From NCBI GenBank assembly GCA_951406725.2, contig OX597829.1, positions 18,042,001 through 18,106,000 on the forward strand: a stretch of 64,000 nucleotides of DNA, in the 5' to 3' direction. A program made the position numbers and the translations under genes. Each line of letters begins with the position of its first letter. The first letter of the stretch is position 1. Below are positions 14,030 to 28,530 of this stretch, one piece after another. This DNA comes from Octopus vulgaris (lineage: Eukaryota). Below the pieces are notes generated by a model, which made no database searches, was not told the DNA's origin, and saw only the letters and a list, made by a program, of their open reading frames with translations.

Positions 14030-14972
14030 TCTTAAATATTTTACACAGTTCGACCTACACGAGTTAATGCATAAAAAACAAATTAAGAATTTTGAAAAAA
14101 GTTTCTATAAGACTAGTTTTTAAACATCTAATGTCTAGTGGGGGCCCACCAGAATAAAATAGTAATCAAAAGGGTCCACAGATAAAAAAATATAGTTGCT
14201 TTAGATGTATGTATTGGTATGTATTACAAGAAGCGGCTAGGTTTATCTCTCTTTCTAATGTATTATGTAGTTCAACCTACACAAGTTAATGTATGAAAAG
14301 CAATATAAGAATTTTCAAAGTGTCAATAGAACTGCTTTTTAAACATCGAATGGCTGAGGGTTCCAGAGTAAAATAGTAAACAAATAGGTTCATAGGTAAA
14401 AATGGTTGAGAACTTATAGTCTAAATGAGTGGTTCTCAACCGGGGTCCATATAAGATTAGTGGTGGTGGGGGTGTCCACGCTACAAAGTAGTAAATTGGG
14501 GATCTATAATTGTATTTTAAGAACCCCTGAAAAAATATGCTTTAGGTGTATTTGTTGGGGTGTATTGGAAAAAAAAAACCTATACACAGTCCAACATATA
14601 GAAATTATGGAAAACAAAATAGGTATTTAGAAAGCAGTTTCTATAAAACTAGTTTTTAAACATTGAATGGCTTTTTGCAGTCCACCAGAATAAAATAGCA
14701 TCTCAAAGGGGTACATAGATAAGGAAACGTTGAGAACTCCTGCTTTAGATGTATGTATTGCAAGAAACAGCTGGGTTTCTTTCTCTAACATTTTGCATAG
14801 TTCAACCTACACAAGTTTATGTGTGGAAAACAAAATAGGTATTTTGAAAGAAGTTTCTATAAATATTGAATGGTTACAGGGGTCCGCCAGAATAAAATAG
14901 CAATAAAAGGGGTCCCTAAACAAAATATATATATATAAAAATATATACACACATATATATACATACTATATA

Positions 14973-15200
14973 TATTTCTTTATTGCCCACAAGGGGCTAA
15001 ACATAGAGGGGACAAACAAAGACAGACAAAGGGATTAAGTCAATTACATCGACCCCAGTGCGCAACTGGTACTTTATTTATCGACCCCGAAAGGATGAAA
15101 GGCAAAGTCGACCTCGGCGGTGTTTGAACCCAGAACGTAACGACAGATGAAATACTGCTGAGCATTTCGCCCGGCGTGCTAACGTTTCTGCCAGCTCGCC
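14973..15200 (-). mobile_element. SINE family A
   Basis: Full monomer nested in the hAT array. Confidence 0.9.
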
Positions 15201-15868
15201 ATATATACTGCTTTAGATGTATGTATTGGTATGTATTGCAAGGAACAGTTAGGTTTCTTTCTTTAATATTTTACAAAGTTTAACCGACACAACTTAATGA
15301 GTGAAAAACAAAATAGGAAATTTGAAAGAAGTATCTATAAGACTAGTTTTTTTAAATATTGAATGGCTATGGGGGGGGTCCACCAGAATAAAATAGTAAT
15401 CAAAGGGGTCCATAGATAAAAAAATGTTTGAGAACCCCTGCTTTAGATGTACATATTGGTATGTATTGCAAGAAACACTTAGATTTCTTTTTGTAACAGT
15501 TTACATAGCTAAATCTACACAGGTTAATGAGAAAAACAAAAGAGAAGTTTTGAAAGAAGTTTCTATAAAACTAGTTTTCAAACATTGAATGGCTCTCTGG
15601 GTTCACCAGAATAAAATAGTAATCAAAGGGGTCCATAGATAAAAAAAAAAAAAAGTGGTTGAGAATCCCTGGTCGTCTAGATGAACGAAAGTGCGGGTCA
15701 CTGCATATATCCCTCATATCTGACATGCAAGAAACAACAGCTACGTCTGTCTTAAATCACACACTACCAACTTTAAGAAAAAGAAATGGGTGGAGTATAC
15801 GAAGATACATTGGTTAGTGTCAGTACAATTACACAAAAGAATGTATTTTGTAATTACTACTACCATTC

Positions 15869-15916
<48 letters not shown>

Positions 15917-15951
15917 ATGATGATGTTGCTGCTGTTGTTGCTGTTGCTGTT

Positions 15952-16313
15952 AAGCGAACGGTCTTCGTCCCAGAGCTCGCAGTGGGAGAAGTCCGAAACG
16001 TGGTCCTTTGCTATTCGTAAGACCCGGAGAAGAGAAAGCAGGTCAACCCCCGACACCGAGAGCATCGACGGATGAATGAATGCGCATCCAGGCAGAGCGG
16101 TTGCGTAGGAAGTCGGGGACAAGAAACAGGAAGAAAGAGTAAGAGAGAAAATTGGAGCGAAAGAGTACAACAGGGGTCGCCAGCACCCCCTGCCGGAGCC
16201 TCGTGGAGCTTTAGGTGTTTTCGCTCAATAAACACACACAACGCCCGGTCTGGGAATCGAAATCGCGATCCTCCGACCGCGAGTCTGCTGCCCTAACCAC
16301 TGGGCCATTGCGC
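15952..16313 (-). mobile_element. tRNA-headed SINE family C
   Basis: Head gcgcaatggcccagtggttagggcag..tttcgattccc; homologous over its length to 50927-51312. Confidence 0.88.
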
Positions 16314-16409
16314 TGCAGCTGCTTGCCAATGAAGATGACAAGGGAACTGACTTGATAATTTTTGTATACAAGAAAAAAGGACCCTACATGTAACATAAAA
16401 ACCTATGAC

Positions 16410-16626
16410 ACTGGAAGCATGTTGATTCGTTAGCTACTGCACGCATTTTTTTTCTCTCCTTCTTTCTGTGTTTTTCTCTCTCTGTGTATCTTTCTGTTGA
16501 AGAGCGTAGGCTCGAAACGTTAAAGACTTGTTTTATTTATATTTCCTGAGCGCCATACTAATACAATTGTTCGTTTGTTTTCCACCTGCCTTCGTCTTTT
16601 GTTTATTTTCATAAAGCTTCCCGTTA
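16410..16626 (+). mobile_element. Penelope-like terminal repeat fragment with a hammerhead-like motif, ending in (TA)n
   Basis: tcttt-CTGTTGA-A-GAGC-gtag-GCTC-GAAACGTT-aaaga at 16489-16526. Confidence 0.6.
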
Positions 16627-16870
16627 TATATATATATATATGTACGTATGTATGTATGAGCGTATATGCCTATGTATGTGTATTTATATATGTGCGTGTA
16701 TGTTTGTGCGTGAGTGTGTGTGTATGTGTGTGTGTGTATGTGTGTATATATGTATACATCCAATATCACGGACTTTTGAGTGTTTCAAGTAGGGTTCCCT
16801 TTTTTTCGTCTTGTATACAATAATTATCAAGTTAAGTTCCCTTATCATCCTCATAAGCAGCATCAGCTGC

Positions 16871-16939
<69 letters not shown>

Positions 16940-17243
16940 GGTGGTGGTGGTGGTGGTGGTAGTAGTAGTAGCAGCAGCTAAAAACGTTCCAACAATAACT
17001 ATAATTTTATGTAATTGTACCTTCATCAAAACCCACTCTGTTTTGTTTTTTTAATCTTCCATTATACTTCACAACAGTAGCCGACCAAAGTTGTCTACTA
17101 AAGTTCCATCTCATTCTCCCCTCCAAGAATGGAACAAATCGCTGATATATGGGATCGCTATCGCTAGTTTTGCATGAGATGCAACAACATTATTCAAACA
17201 CATTATTCACATTCCTTCTCATGATCTACATTCGTGTAACAAC

Positions 17244-17340
17244 TTTAGGTGTTTTCGCTCAATAAACACTCACAACGCCCGGTCTGGGAATCGAAACCGC
17301 GATCGAAACCGCGATCCCACAACCGCGAGTTCGCTGCCAC
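17244..17340 (-). mobile_element. SINE family C head fragment
   Basis: ctttaggtgttttcgctcaataaacactcacaacgcccggtctgggaatcgaaacc. Confidence 0.8.
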
Positions 17341-17342
17341 AA

Positions 17343-17384
<42 letters not shown>

Positions 17385-17386
17385 AC

Positions 17387-17426
<40 letters not shown>

Positions 17427-17519
17427 GTATGTATGTATGTACGTATGTATGTAAATGTACGTATGTATGTAAATGTACGTATGTATGTAAATGTATGTAT
17501 GTATGTATATGTAAGTATG

Positions 17520-17990
17520 TATCGGTGTGTGTCTTGGTGTCAGTGTCTGTTCTCTACTACCACTTGACAACTAGTGTCGGTGAGTTAGCGGTTCGGCGAA
17601 AATAAAGCGACTGGACAAGTACCAGGCTTAAAAAGTGCTGGTGTCGTTCGATTTGTTCGACTAAAAGCCTCAATGCAGAGCTCCAGCATCATCGCAGTCC
17701 AATGACTGAAAAGTAGAAAATAGAAAAAGACGAAGATGTGTGTGTGTGTGTTGTTGTTGTTATTTTTGTTCGCTATGGCAGGTCAGAGAGTGCCCAGGAC
17801 ATTGACTCCTTGCTAAATTTTGTTGACTCGGGGACACCTAAACGATATATATATACACAAACACAACGGGCTTCTTTCAGTTTCTACCTGCCAAATCTAC
17901 TCACGAGTCTTTGGTCGGCGCGTGGCTATAGTAGAACACATTTCTCCAAGGTGTCATGCAAACTCCTTATCACACTGCCATACCTGCGCC
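17520..17990. mobile_element. Two decayed SINE B fragments (3' half on +, 17520-17730; 5' half on -, 17865-17990)
   Basis: Degenerate matches to family B. Confidence 0.7.
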
Positions 17991-18410
17991 TACTTATACA
18001 TACACATATATCATTATATGCATGCATATATACACACACAAAATACACAAACACATATGTGTGTGTGTGCGTGTGTATAGATATGTACTAATATTTAGGT
18101 CTGTATATGCGTGTGTGTATTTATTTGTATATATGTATGTAGGACGAGGAAGGATTTTCGAAACAAATTTCGGGATTAATAATAAATTCTTGTATATTAC
18201 ATCTTCCGTCTTTCATTTACTACATATATATAGAGAGAATGGTTGTATACTGTCAATCTAACACGAACGTGACAGTAGGGGGGTACACCACTGCTGTATA
18301 GCCCTAGGAAGCATCCGAACGCCTCCTGATGGCTTTGACACATTTTTCCCTGTGTCCTTTATATACATTTACGAAGGGGAGACAAACACCCCCGGCCGCC
18401 GAAGCTGCAT

Positions 18411-18453
18411 CTAGGGACACGTGTTTCAGGATCATTGTCCTTCATCGGCCTAG
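18411..18453 (-). ncRNA. Minimal type-I hammerhead ribozyme-like motif (U4C variant)
   Basis: CTAGG-CCGATGA-AGGA-caatga-TCCT-GAA-ACACGTGT-C-CCTAG: stems I and II pair, stem III is palindromic, cleavage triplet is GUC. Confidence 0.7.
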
Positions 18454-18639
18454 AGTAGCAGACACCGGTCAGCTGGTGATATTTGTCTCGACTTCGCAAT
18501 TGTATATATCTATAATTCAGTGAATTTAGAAATTCAGTATTTCTTATTTTGATAATCAGTGAATAGACTTCACTGAATTATAGATATATACAATTGCGAA
18601 GTCGAGACAAATATCACCAGCTGACCGGTGTCTGCTACT

Positions 18640-18683
18640 CTAGGCCGATGAAGGACAACGATCCTGAAACACGGTGTTCCTAG
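18640..18683 (+). ncRNA. Second hammerhead-like motif (right arm, slightly mutated)
   Basis: ctagg-ccgatga-agga-caacga-tcct-gaaacacggtgtt-cctag. Confidence 0.55.
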
Positions 18684-18912
18684 ATGCAGCTTCGGCGGCC
18701 GGGGTTGTTTGTCTCCCCTTCGTAAATGTATATAAGGACACAGAGAAAAATGTGTCAAAGCCATCAGGAGGCGTTCGATGTTTCCTAGGGCTATACAGCG
18801 GTGGTGTACCCCCCCCCTACTGTCACGTTCGTGTTAGATTGACAGTATACAATCATTCTATCGCCACACCACCGTACATGTCTCTACGAGAGATTTAGAA
18901 ATTCAGTATTTC

Positions 18913-19019
18913 TTGAAAACACCGGTTCTCGTCCGATCACCGAAGTTAAGCAACATCGAGCCTAGTTAGTACTTAGATGGGTGACCGCTTGGGAACCCTA
19001 GGTGCTATAAGCATTTTTT
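18913..19019 (+). pseudogene. 5S rRNA: 5'-truncated 5S rRNA copy followed by a T6 tract
   Basis: caccggttctcgtccgatcaccgaagttaagc..gttagtacttagatgggtgaccgcttgggaac..gtgctataagca-tttttt, with box A and box C present; roughly the first 18 nt are missing. Confidence 0.92.
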
Positions 19020-19082
19020 AAAATGGCGGTGCCCCAGCATGGCCACAGCTCATAGGCTGGAACTGGAATCAATCAATCAATC

Positions 19083-19130
<48 letters not shown>

Positions 19131-19181
19131 ACATAGATACATAGACAGACAGACAGACAGACAGACAGAGAGACAGACAGA

Positions 19182-19212
<31 letters not shown>

Positions 19213-19226
19213 ACAGACAGACAGAC

Positions 19227-19263
<37 letters not shown>

Positions 19264-19267
<4 letters not shown>

Positions 19268-21241
19268 TTAGTTAGTTAGTTAGTTAATTTGGCTCAAAAG
19301 CAAATAGCAAGGCCATGTAGGGGGACATGGAGTTAAGTACAGGGTGGTGTTCATGTAAAGAGTTCAGGCCACTTGAGGTCCAGGGAGGCTTTGAACAAAG
19401 CGGTCGTTGGCATCTTCACCATCTCATCTGGCAGCTTGTTCCACGGATCCGCAACCCGGACGGAGAAAGCTCCTCTCCTTCGATTGAGATGAAATCGTCG
19501 CAGGTAGAGCTTTTCGGAATGACCCCGCAGCCGACGCTCCGGAGCAGGAGTGAAGAACAGCTCTTTCGAGAGGTTACACTTCCCGCTTATGATGTTGTGG
19601 GCGAGAATGAGATCACCACGGCGGCGGCGTTTTTCAAGAGAATAAAGGTCGAGCGTCCTTAGCCTTTCTTCGTAGGACAAATTTTTGAGACCATGAACCA
19701 GGCGGGTAGCCAGCCTCTGGACTCTTTCGAGGTGCTGTATGTCTTTGAGGAGATAAGGAGAAGAGGCTTGAATCCCATACTCCAATATGGGTCTCCCCCA
19801 GCGTGACATAGAGTGGCAGGAAAATGGCTGCTGTGAGCACTCCGAATGACCGTCGAATCAAAAACAGAATTCCGCGTGCTTTGTTGGCAGCATGGACGCA
19901 CTGGGCCGAAGGCGAAAAGGAGGAATCCACCAAGATACCCAGGTCCTTTACCTGATCGGTCCTCTCCAGCAGCAGACGACCCGGCTCGAAATCAAGTTGA
20001 GTTGCAGGAGTAGAGCCGACAGGCAGATGACAGCACTTTGACACGTTCAGACACAGGTCCCAATCGTTAGACCACTTCCAAATTTGGTGGAGGCATCGAC
20101 GAAGATCCTCTATACTACCGCGAGGAGCGACCAGTTTGATATCGTCGGCAAATAGAAGGGTGTGTTGCGTGAGGTCGTCGGGCAAGTCATTTATGAAGAC
20201 TAAGAACAACAAGGGCCCAAGCACTGAACCTTGAGGCACGCCACTGCTCGCACTGGAGACGTCGGACCGCGAACCATTAACTTGAACTTGGAAGGAGCGA
20301 TCTGAGAGGAAGGCACCAACCCATCGTACAATATCCGGATGGAAACTATATGCTTGAAGCTTGACAAGTAGTAGGCGGTGGTTTACCGAGTCAAAAGCTT
20401 TGGCAAAGTCCAATAAAACGATGTCAACAGCATCACTATCATCGAGGATGCGCGTCACCAATTCTTCCATTACTAGTAAGTTGGTCAAGCATGATCTCTT
20501 CGGCACGAAGCCGTGTTGGGAATCAGTGATCGAGGCTGTGCTTATCGAGGTGGAGCATCATACTTTTCTTAAGGATGGTTTCGAACATCTTGCTGATTAT
20601 TGATGTAAGGGAAACCGGTCGGTAGTTAAGCGGGTCTTCGCGGCACCCTTTCTTGAAAATTGGGCAGATTATCGCTGTTCTCCAGTCTGCAGGTATAACA
20701 CCCGTCGCCAATGACATATTGAATAGCCGTGTTAAGGGCTCGCAGATGACCGGAGCCAACGCTTTGATAACCCGTGGGTGTATGCCGTCAGGGCCGTGAC
20801 CCTTGTTGACATCGAGGCCTTGAATAACACGTTTGACTTGGTCCCGCGTGATGATCAATCGAAGCATTGGAGGTACCGATCTATCAAATGGAGGGGGTTC
20901 ACGACCATCATCTTGTTTGAAAATAGTTGAAAAAGCCTCGGCAAATAATTGACTCTGTTGATAAGGGTCCTCAATCGATACGCCTGTTGAGTCTACCAAT
21001 GTTACAATCTGGTTGTTCAAGCGGGAATTCCGATGGACATGGGCAAAGAAGGTTTTTGGATTGCTACTGGCATTTGCCGCGATTTTGTATTCATAACTGA
21101 AGCGTTCTTTCTTTTCAATTTTCACGGCTCGGTCTCGTTGAGTTTTGTACACCTCAAAAGCTGCAGTCGAATCCAGATTTTTGAATTCAGCCCAAGCAAT
21201 ATCTCTGAGTCGACGTTCTCGTTTAACCTTCTTCGTCACCC

Positions 21242-21243
<2 letters not shown>
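19264..21243 (-). mobile_element. 5'-truncated CR1/L2-group LINE (RT domain) with a (CTAA)n tail
   Basis: GPDGIHPRVIK, PIFKKG..NYRPVSLTS, LDFAKAFDSV, GVPQGSVLGPLLF, LFADDIKL, VKDLGI, RRRRGDLI, WNKLP; two frameshifts near 20520 and 19800. Confidence 0.95.
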
Positions 21244-21314
<71 letters not shown>

Positions 21315-21327
21315 CTGTGTGTGTATA

Positions 21328-21376
<49 letters not shown>

Positions 21377-21422
21377 TGCGGTGCATCAGCATGGCCGCAG
21401 CTCTGAGCTGAAACAAGAACAA

Positions 21423-21920
<498 letters not shown>

Positions 21921-21928
21921 ATATATAC

Positions 21929-22078
<150 letters not shown>

Positions 22079-22192
22079 CATTATATATATACATTATATA
22101 TATACATATATATATATATATAAATATATATATATACATTATATATATATATATAAGGTACAAGTAACTATATATATATATATATGTATGTA

Positions 22193-22245
<53 letters not shown>

Positions 22246-23142
22246 CAAGAATCTACGGATTACGTATTAATCTAAAAGTATTTTGTAGGTCAAGACATTC
22301 CGATTTATCCAGGAGTAAGGGAGTTGTTTTTGCTTTGTTTATTCTTCCCGTATTCTTTTCCTTTGTTTGACTTTTATTTTTTTTATATTTACTCTATTTT
22401 TTTTTTGTATCTGTTTTATATTTTGTTTTGCTTATAATCTATTTATTGCTTCTTCGTGTGATTTCATCGATCATGTCCTCCCATTCCTACCCCTACCCTG
22501 TCAGAGTTAGCTGAAATACAAGCGTATTTACATGAAACGCCCGAAAGAATTGGTTAGGCCCTATAAATACCCAAACAGGATACTCCCTGTTCCCCACGCC
22601 GCACTGGTACACCCGAACTCCAAATAACACTTATAATTTAACACCAATCAAATAGGTGGTTTGTTGTGTTAAAAGGGTGAGGTTTACACCCTAGTTACAC
22701 AACGCAGTACTACACTTATAAGTGTTGGTAATTAAATACATGCATACATATGAAATCGTTTGCATACACATACATATATACAAATACACACACATACACA
22801 CACATGCACCCACGCATATATATACAAATACTCACATACATGTATACACACACACACACATACACACACATATATATATAAACATACCTATATATATGTA
22901 CATATGTATACAAATACACATACATACACCCACATTTGTAATATATGTGTGTGTGTGCGTGCGTGTGAATGTATGTGTGCGTGTATTAATATATGTGTAT
23001 ATATATTTGCGTCTGTGTATATACATACATTCATATATCCGCTCAAAACTTTAAGCCATTGCTTGCTTACACATATTTATCTATGCATCATCACAATCTG
23101 ATTCTCTTTCTATGATTTAAATACGACCCTCTCTCACTGACA

Positions 23143-23201
<59 letters not shown>

Positions 23202-23529
23202 GATAGATAGATATCGCTGTACACACACACACAAACAAGCACAAACACATCCATACACACGCACACACACATGCACTTAAATGTATGTATACACGGACAG
23301 GTACTCGTACATACACGCATGCATACAAAAGTGCACGCACACACACTTCTAAGGCATACGCTGCAGAAGCCACATTTTTTTCCACTTAATTTGCTCGACC
23401 AGAATGAAGTAAAGTCAAACAACATCTCTCACGAGATTTATTTGTACTTGTATACGTATGTCTGATGGTGTGTAGATATTTGTATATATCTAGATACATA
23501 CATGCGTACTCACACAGATATATATATAT

Positions 23530-23790
23530 AAAATTTATTCAAAAAACAGAGAAAAAAGATAAGAAAAAGCAACAACAACGTGACAATGTAGCATATGCAA
23601 TGCCTTAATAAGACGTTCGGAGAAGGAAAAGAGTAGTTGTTTTACGTTTCGAGCATAGCTCTTCTTCGGAAACATGGAAAACAGGGAAGTCTAAAGGGAA
23701 AGGAAGGGGGGGGGGGGGAAATCCCCAATAGTCCACGTGTAGTTACATTTTAAAGTGACCGGAAACCGAAGGACGAAGAGAAAGTGATGA
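23530..23790 (-). mobile_element. Penelope-like terminal repeat fragment with a hammerhead-like motif
   Basis: Minus strand tgttt-CCGAAGA-A-GAGC-tat-GCTC-GAAACGTA-aaaca at 23638-23674; ends in (TA)n; resembles 46020-46222. Confidence 0.6.
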
Positions 23791-24717
23791 TAGCCGGTAT
23801 GTATGTGTGTGTATGTGTGTGTGCGTATGTTTGTGAAAGCATGTGTATGGAAGCATGTGTGTGTGTATGCGGCAGTAACTGCGTGTGTGAGTGCGCGTGG
23901 TAGCGTGTGTAGATATAGCATGTGTAGCATATATATATATGTGTGTATTCGTGTGTGTATTTGTTGTCTGGTGTGTATGTTAGTGTATAAGGATGTACAT
24001 GCATGCACATATATGTGTAAATATATATATGCATTATATATGTATGCATGTAAAAAATAAGTAAATAAATAAATAAATAAGAATAAATAGAATATAATAA
24101 AGCAAGTTTGAATTTTAACCGTTGTCCTTGAATAGAGTGTCAGATATATATATGTATATATATGTATGTATGTATGTATGTGTAAATATATATATATATA
24201 TGTATGTATGTATGTGTGTATATGTATATATATGTGTGTAGAGATGGATGAGCGTATATGTGTGTATACTTTAAGATTATAGGTATATTTGTGAGTATGT
24301 GTGTCTATATGATTGTGTGTACTTGTATATATGTATAAGGTTATATATATGCATATATGTATCTAAGACGTTGTATCCATTCACCGTTAGACGGTGGTGA
24401 GAGGGACAAACGCACACACACACACATGTGTGTGTGTGTCTATATAAATGTATATATGTGTTTATATATATACAACCTTCAACAAGGTAACAGTGAATGT
24501 ATACAACTTGAACTGACACATATCAGTACATAAACATACGTTCACAAGTACATACACATGTAAACACACACAGACACGTCTACACACTCTCCTAAATACT
24601 CACACACTTACGTAGGCATGCACACATGCATGCGCGCATACATGTACATACATACATACATACATACATACATACATACATACATACATACATACATACA
24701 TACATACATACATACAT

Positions 24718-24752
<35 letters not shown>

Positions 24753-24998
24753 TACATACATAAACATATATATATATATATCATGAACTAACTGTTACTT
24801 TCTCAGATGCAGCACAGAGTTTTGTCAGTGAACAGGTCGTGGTCTCAAAGCGACGAAAATATTTTGACAAATTAAATTTAAATGTTGAAGTGAATCTAAC
24901 GGTTTTTGTGTTTCTTAAATGGCTTTTCCACACTGCAATTGTTTTCGTTCCAGCACACGATCTCAGATCAAGTCACTTGCTATGCAAGTACATCTCCG

Positions 24999-25080
<82 letters not shown>

Positions 25081-25096
25081 GTATATATATATATTA

Positions 25097-26385
<1,289 letters not shown>

Positions 26386-26401
26386 CACACACACACATAT
26401 A

Positions 26402-26452
<51 letters not shown>

Positions 26453-26671
26453 TATACACGCGCGCGCATACTTGTGTATATATGCATTAGTGTATCTGTG
26501 TACGTGTGCGTGTGCATATATGGATGATTGTTGACAAATTCTTCCGCTTTATAAGAGTAATTTACCCAGAATTTCTGTTTTCCTAACGGCAATTCAGCGT
26601 TCGATAAAATATCATCTAATTTGTATCGTTCAATACACGTTTCGACACTTATAAAAACAAAATGCTAGCTT

Positions 26672-27012
<341 letters not shown>

Positions 27013-27063
27013 CCACATTGTCGTGCATTTACTGTTTATATCTCGTTGAGAGATTTATTATTG

Positions 27064-27122
<59 letters not shown>

Positions 27123-27479
27123 CAAATAAGAAAATGGAGAAACAAATTTAGTTTGTTCATCAACTTTCGGATATTATAATGTTAGATTATTTATTCACTT
27201 AACAAAATGAGAACATCAATAGCATACAAATATATCCTATAATTCAATACATATAAGATATAAGATAAGAAATAAAAGTCATAATATAAATTAATGAAAT
27301 CCTTATAATCACTTCTTACAGCTGTTTCAGCCTATGGCTAAAAGTAGATAATTTTATTTTCATTGCCAATAGTTGTTAACATACTGAGGTTGTAGGCATA
27401 TAAAAATATACTGTACCAACAGTATATTTGATAAATGCTATCCCATAGTGGGTTACACCCATAACCCCTATCTTGCTTT

Positions 27480-27520
<41 letters not shown>

Positions 27521-27627
27521 AATAGTATATATCTTTGTAAGGTTTGTCGTATTTACATACCGAAATTTACCGGTAAATAATTGTTGGTTACATGAAAAAC
27601 CACAGGAAAATTATTTACCATTTTTAT

Positions 27628-27699
<72 letters not shown>

Positions 27700-27701
<2 letters not shown>

Positions 27702-28530
27702 AAGGAAATGTTAAAATATACATTATGTTTAACAATATCGATGGACATATAGTATTTGCAGCACCTTCTAGCATCGGTTCCATATCTCTTCTTGATTTTG
27801 AACTCAGAATCACAGAGAACGGCTCCAGTAGCTTTTACAGAAAAGCGACATCCAATTGTCTATTTGCACATCATAATTCATTTCTGGTCATCAGAACTGA
27901 TACGGCTTACATTAGAAATAAGATTCACGGAATACGCAGCCAATACAGCGATGCAGAAAGCAATAAGACGAACATCGTACAATTCCGAAAAGTCCTGATG
28001 GAGAATGGCAATCCAAACTCTTTCACTAAACGCCAGAACATCGCCAGACCACCTAAGAAAAGTCGCACGTCCAAGGACAACACTTAGTTGTTTTTTTTTA
28101 AATGCGAAAATTTAATGAAAAAAAAAAAGAACTGCTGCTATCCGCCGTGTGATCCGTAAGAAGGGACTTAATATACGACCGGCATAATCCAAACACTCCC
28201 CGCGGAAGGCATTATCCAAAAGCATGCCAACTTGCCTATCAATGATGAAGATGGTCCATCGTATTGTATAAAATCACATGTAGTAAACGTAAGAGATTCT
28301 ACATTACATGTACCATCTGACAAGTGTACATCGAGTTTTAAGAATACCTCTATGCTATTGCTTCTTCCTACAGAAATGCCATTCCGGAGGCATCCAAGTT
28401 TCTATTGAAGCTACAGGACGAAACATTGGGAACCTAAGAATCAAAAAAGAAACATTTTAAATTGCAAAACCAACCCACGTATTAAGACAAGCCAACTGCA
28501 CGCAGCCGATTGGCTACTATATCTATTTCT
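27700..28530 (+). mobile_element. Decayed Penelope-like RT thumb/linker region
   Basis: ISLLDFEL..FYRKAT..HHNSF..IRSQYS..LMENGNPNSF matches the PLE pattern FLD..YRKPT..L..NGYP; the downstream part is too decayed to read. Confidence 0.7.

Larger units (their letters stand above)
13490..15671 (+). repeat. Tandem array of a Charlie/MER20-like hAT MITE and its ~200-bp right half
   Basis: Left TIRs cagtggttc(a/t)ca near 13490 and 14428; right end (g)gttgagaacccctg recurs near 14404, 14729, 15427 and 15658; units restart at tgctttagatgtat. Confidence 0.8.
18236..18859. mobile_element. Foldback of ~290-bp inverted arms, probably inverted Penelope-like terminal repeats
   Basis: 18236-18524 is the reverse complement of 18569-18859 with few mismatches; 44-bp spacer; each arm carries a hammerhead fold. 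Confidence 0.85.

Noticed and set aside
18913-19019. Functional 5S rRNA gene
   Set aside because: The 5' strand of helix I and part of helix II are missing and the copy is not in an array; called a pseudogene or chimera
22499-22714. TG...CA segment with tataaata, resembling a solo LTR
   Set aside because: No matching 4-6 bp TSD, no second copy, no PBS or PPT
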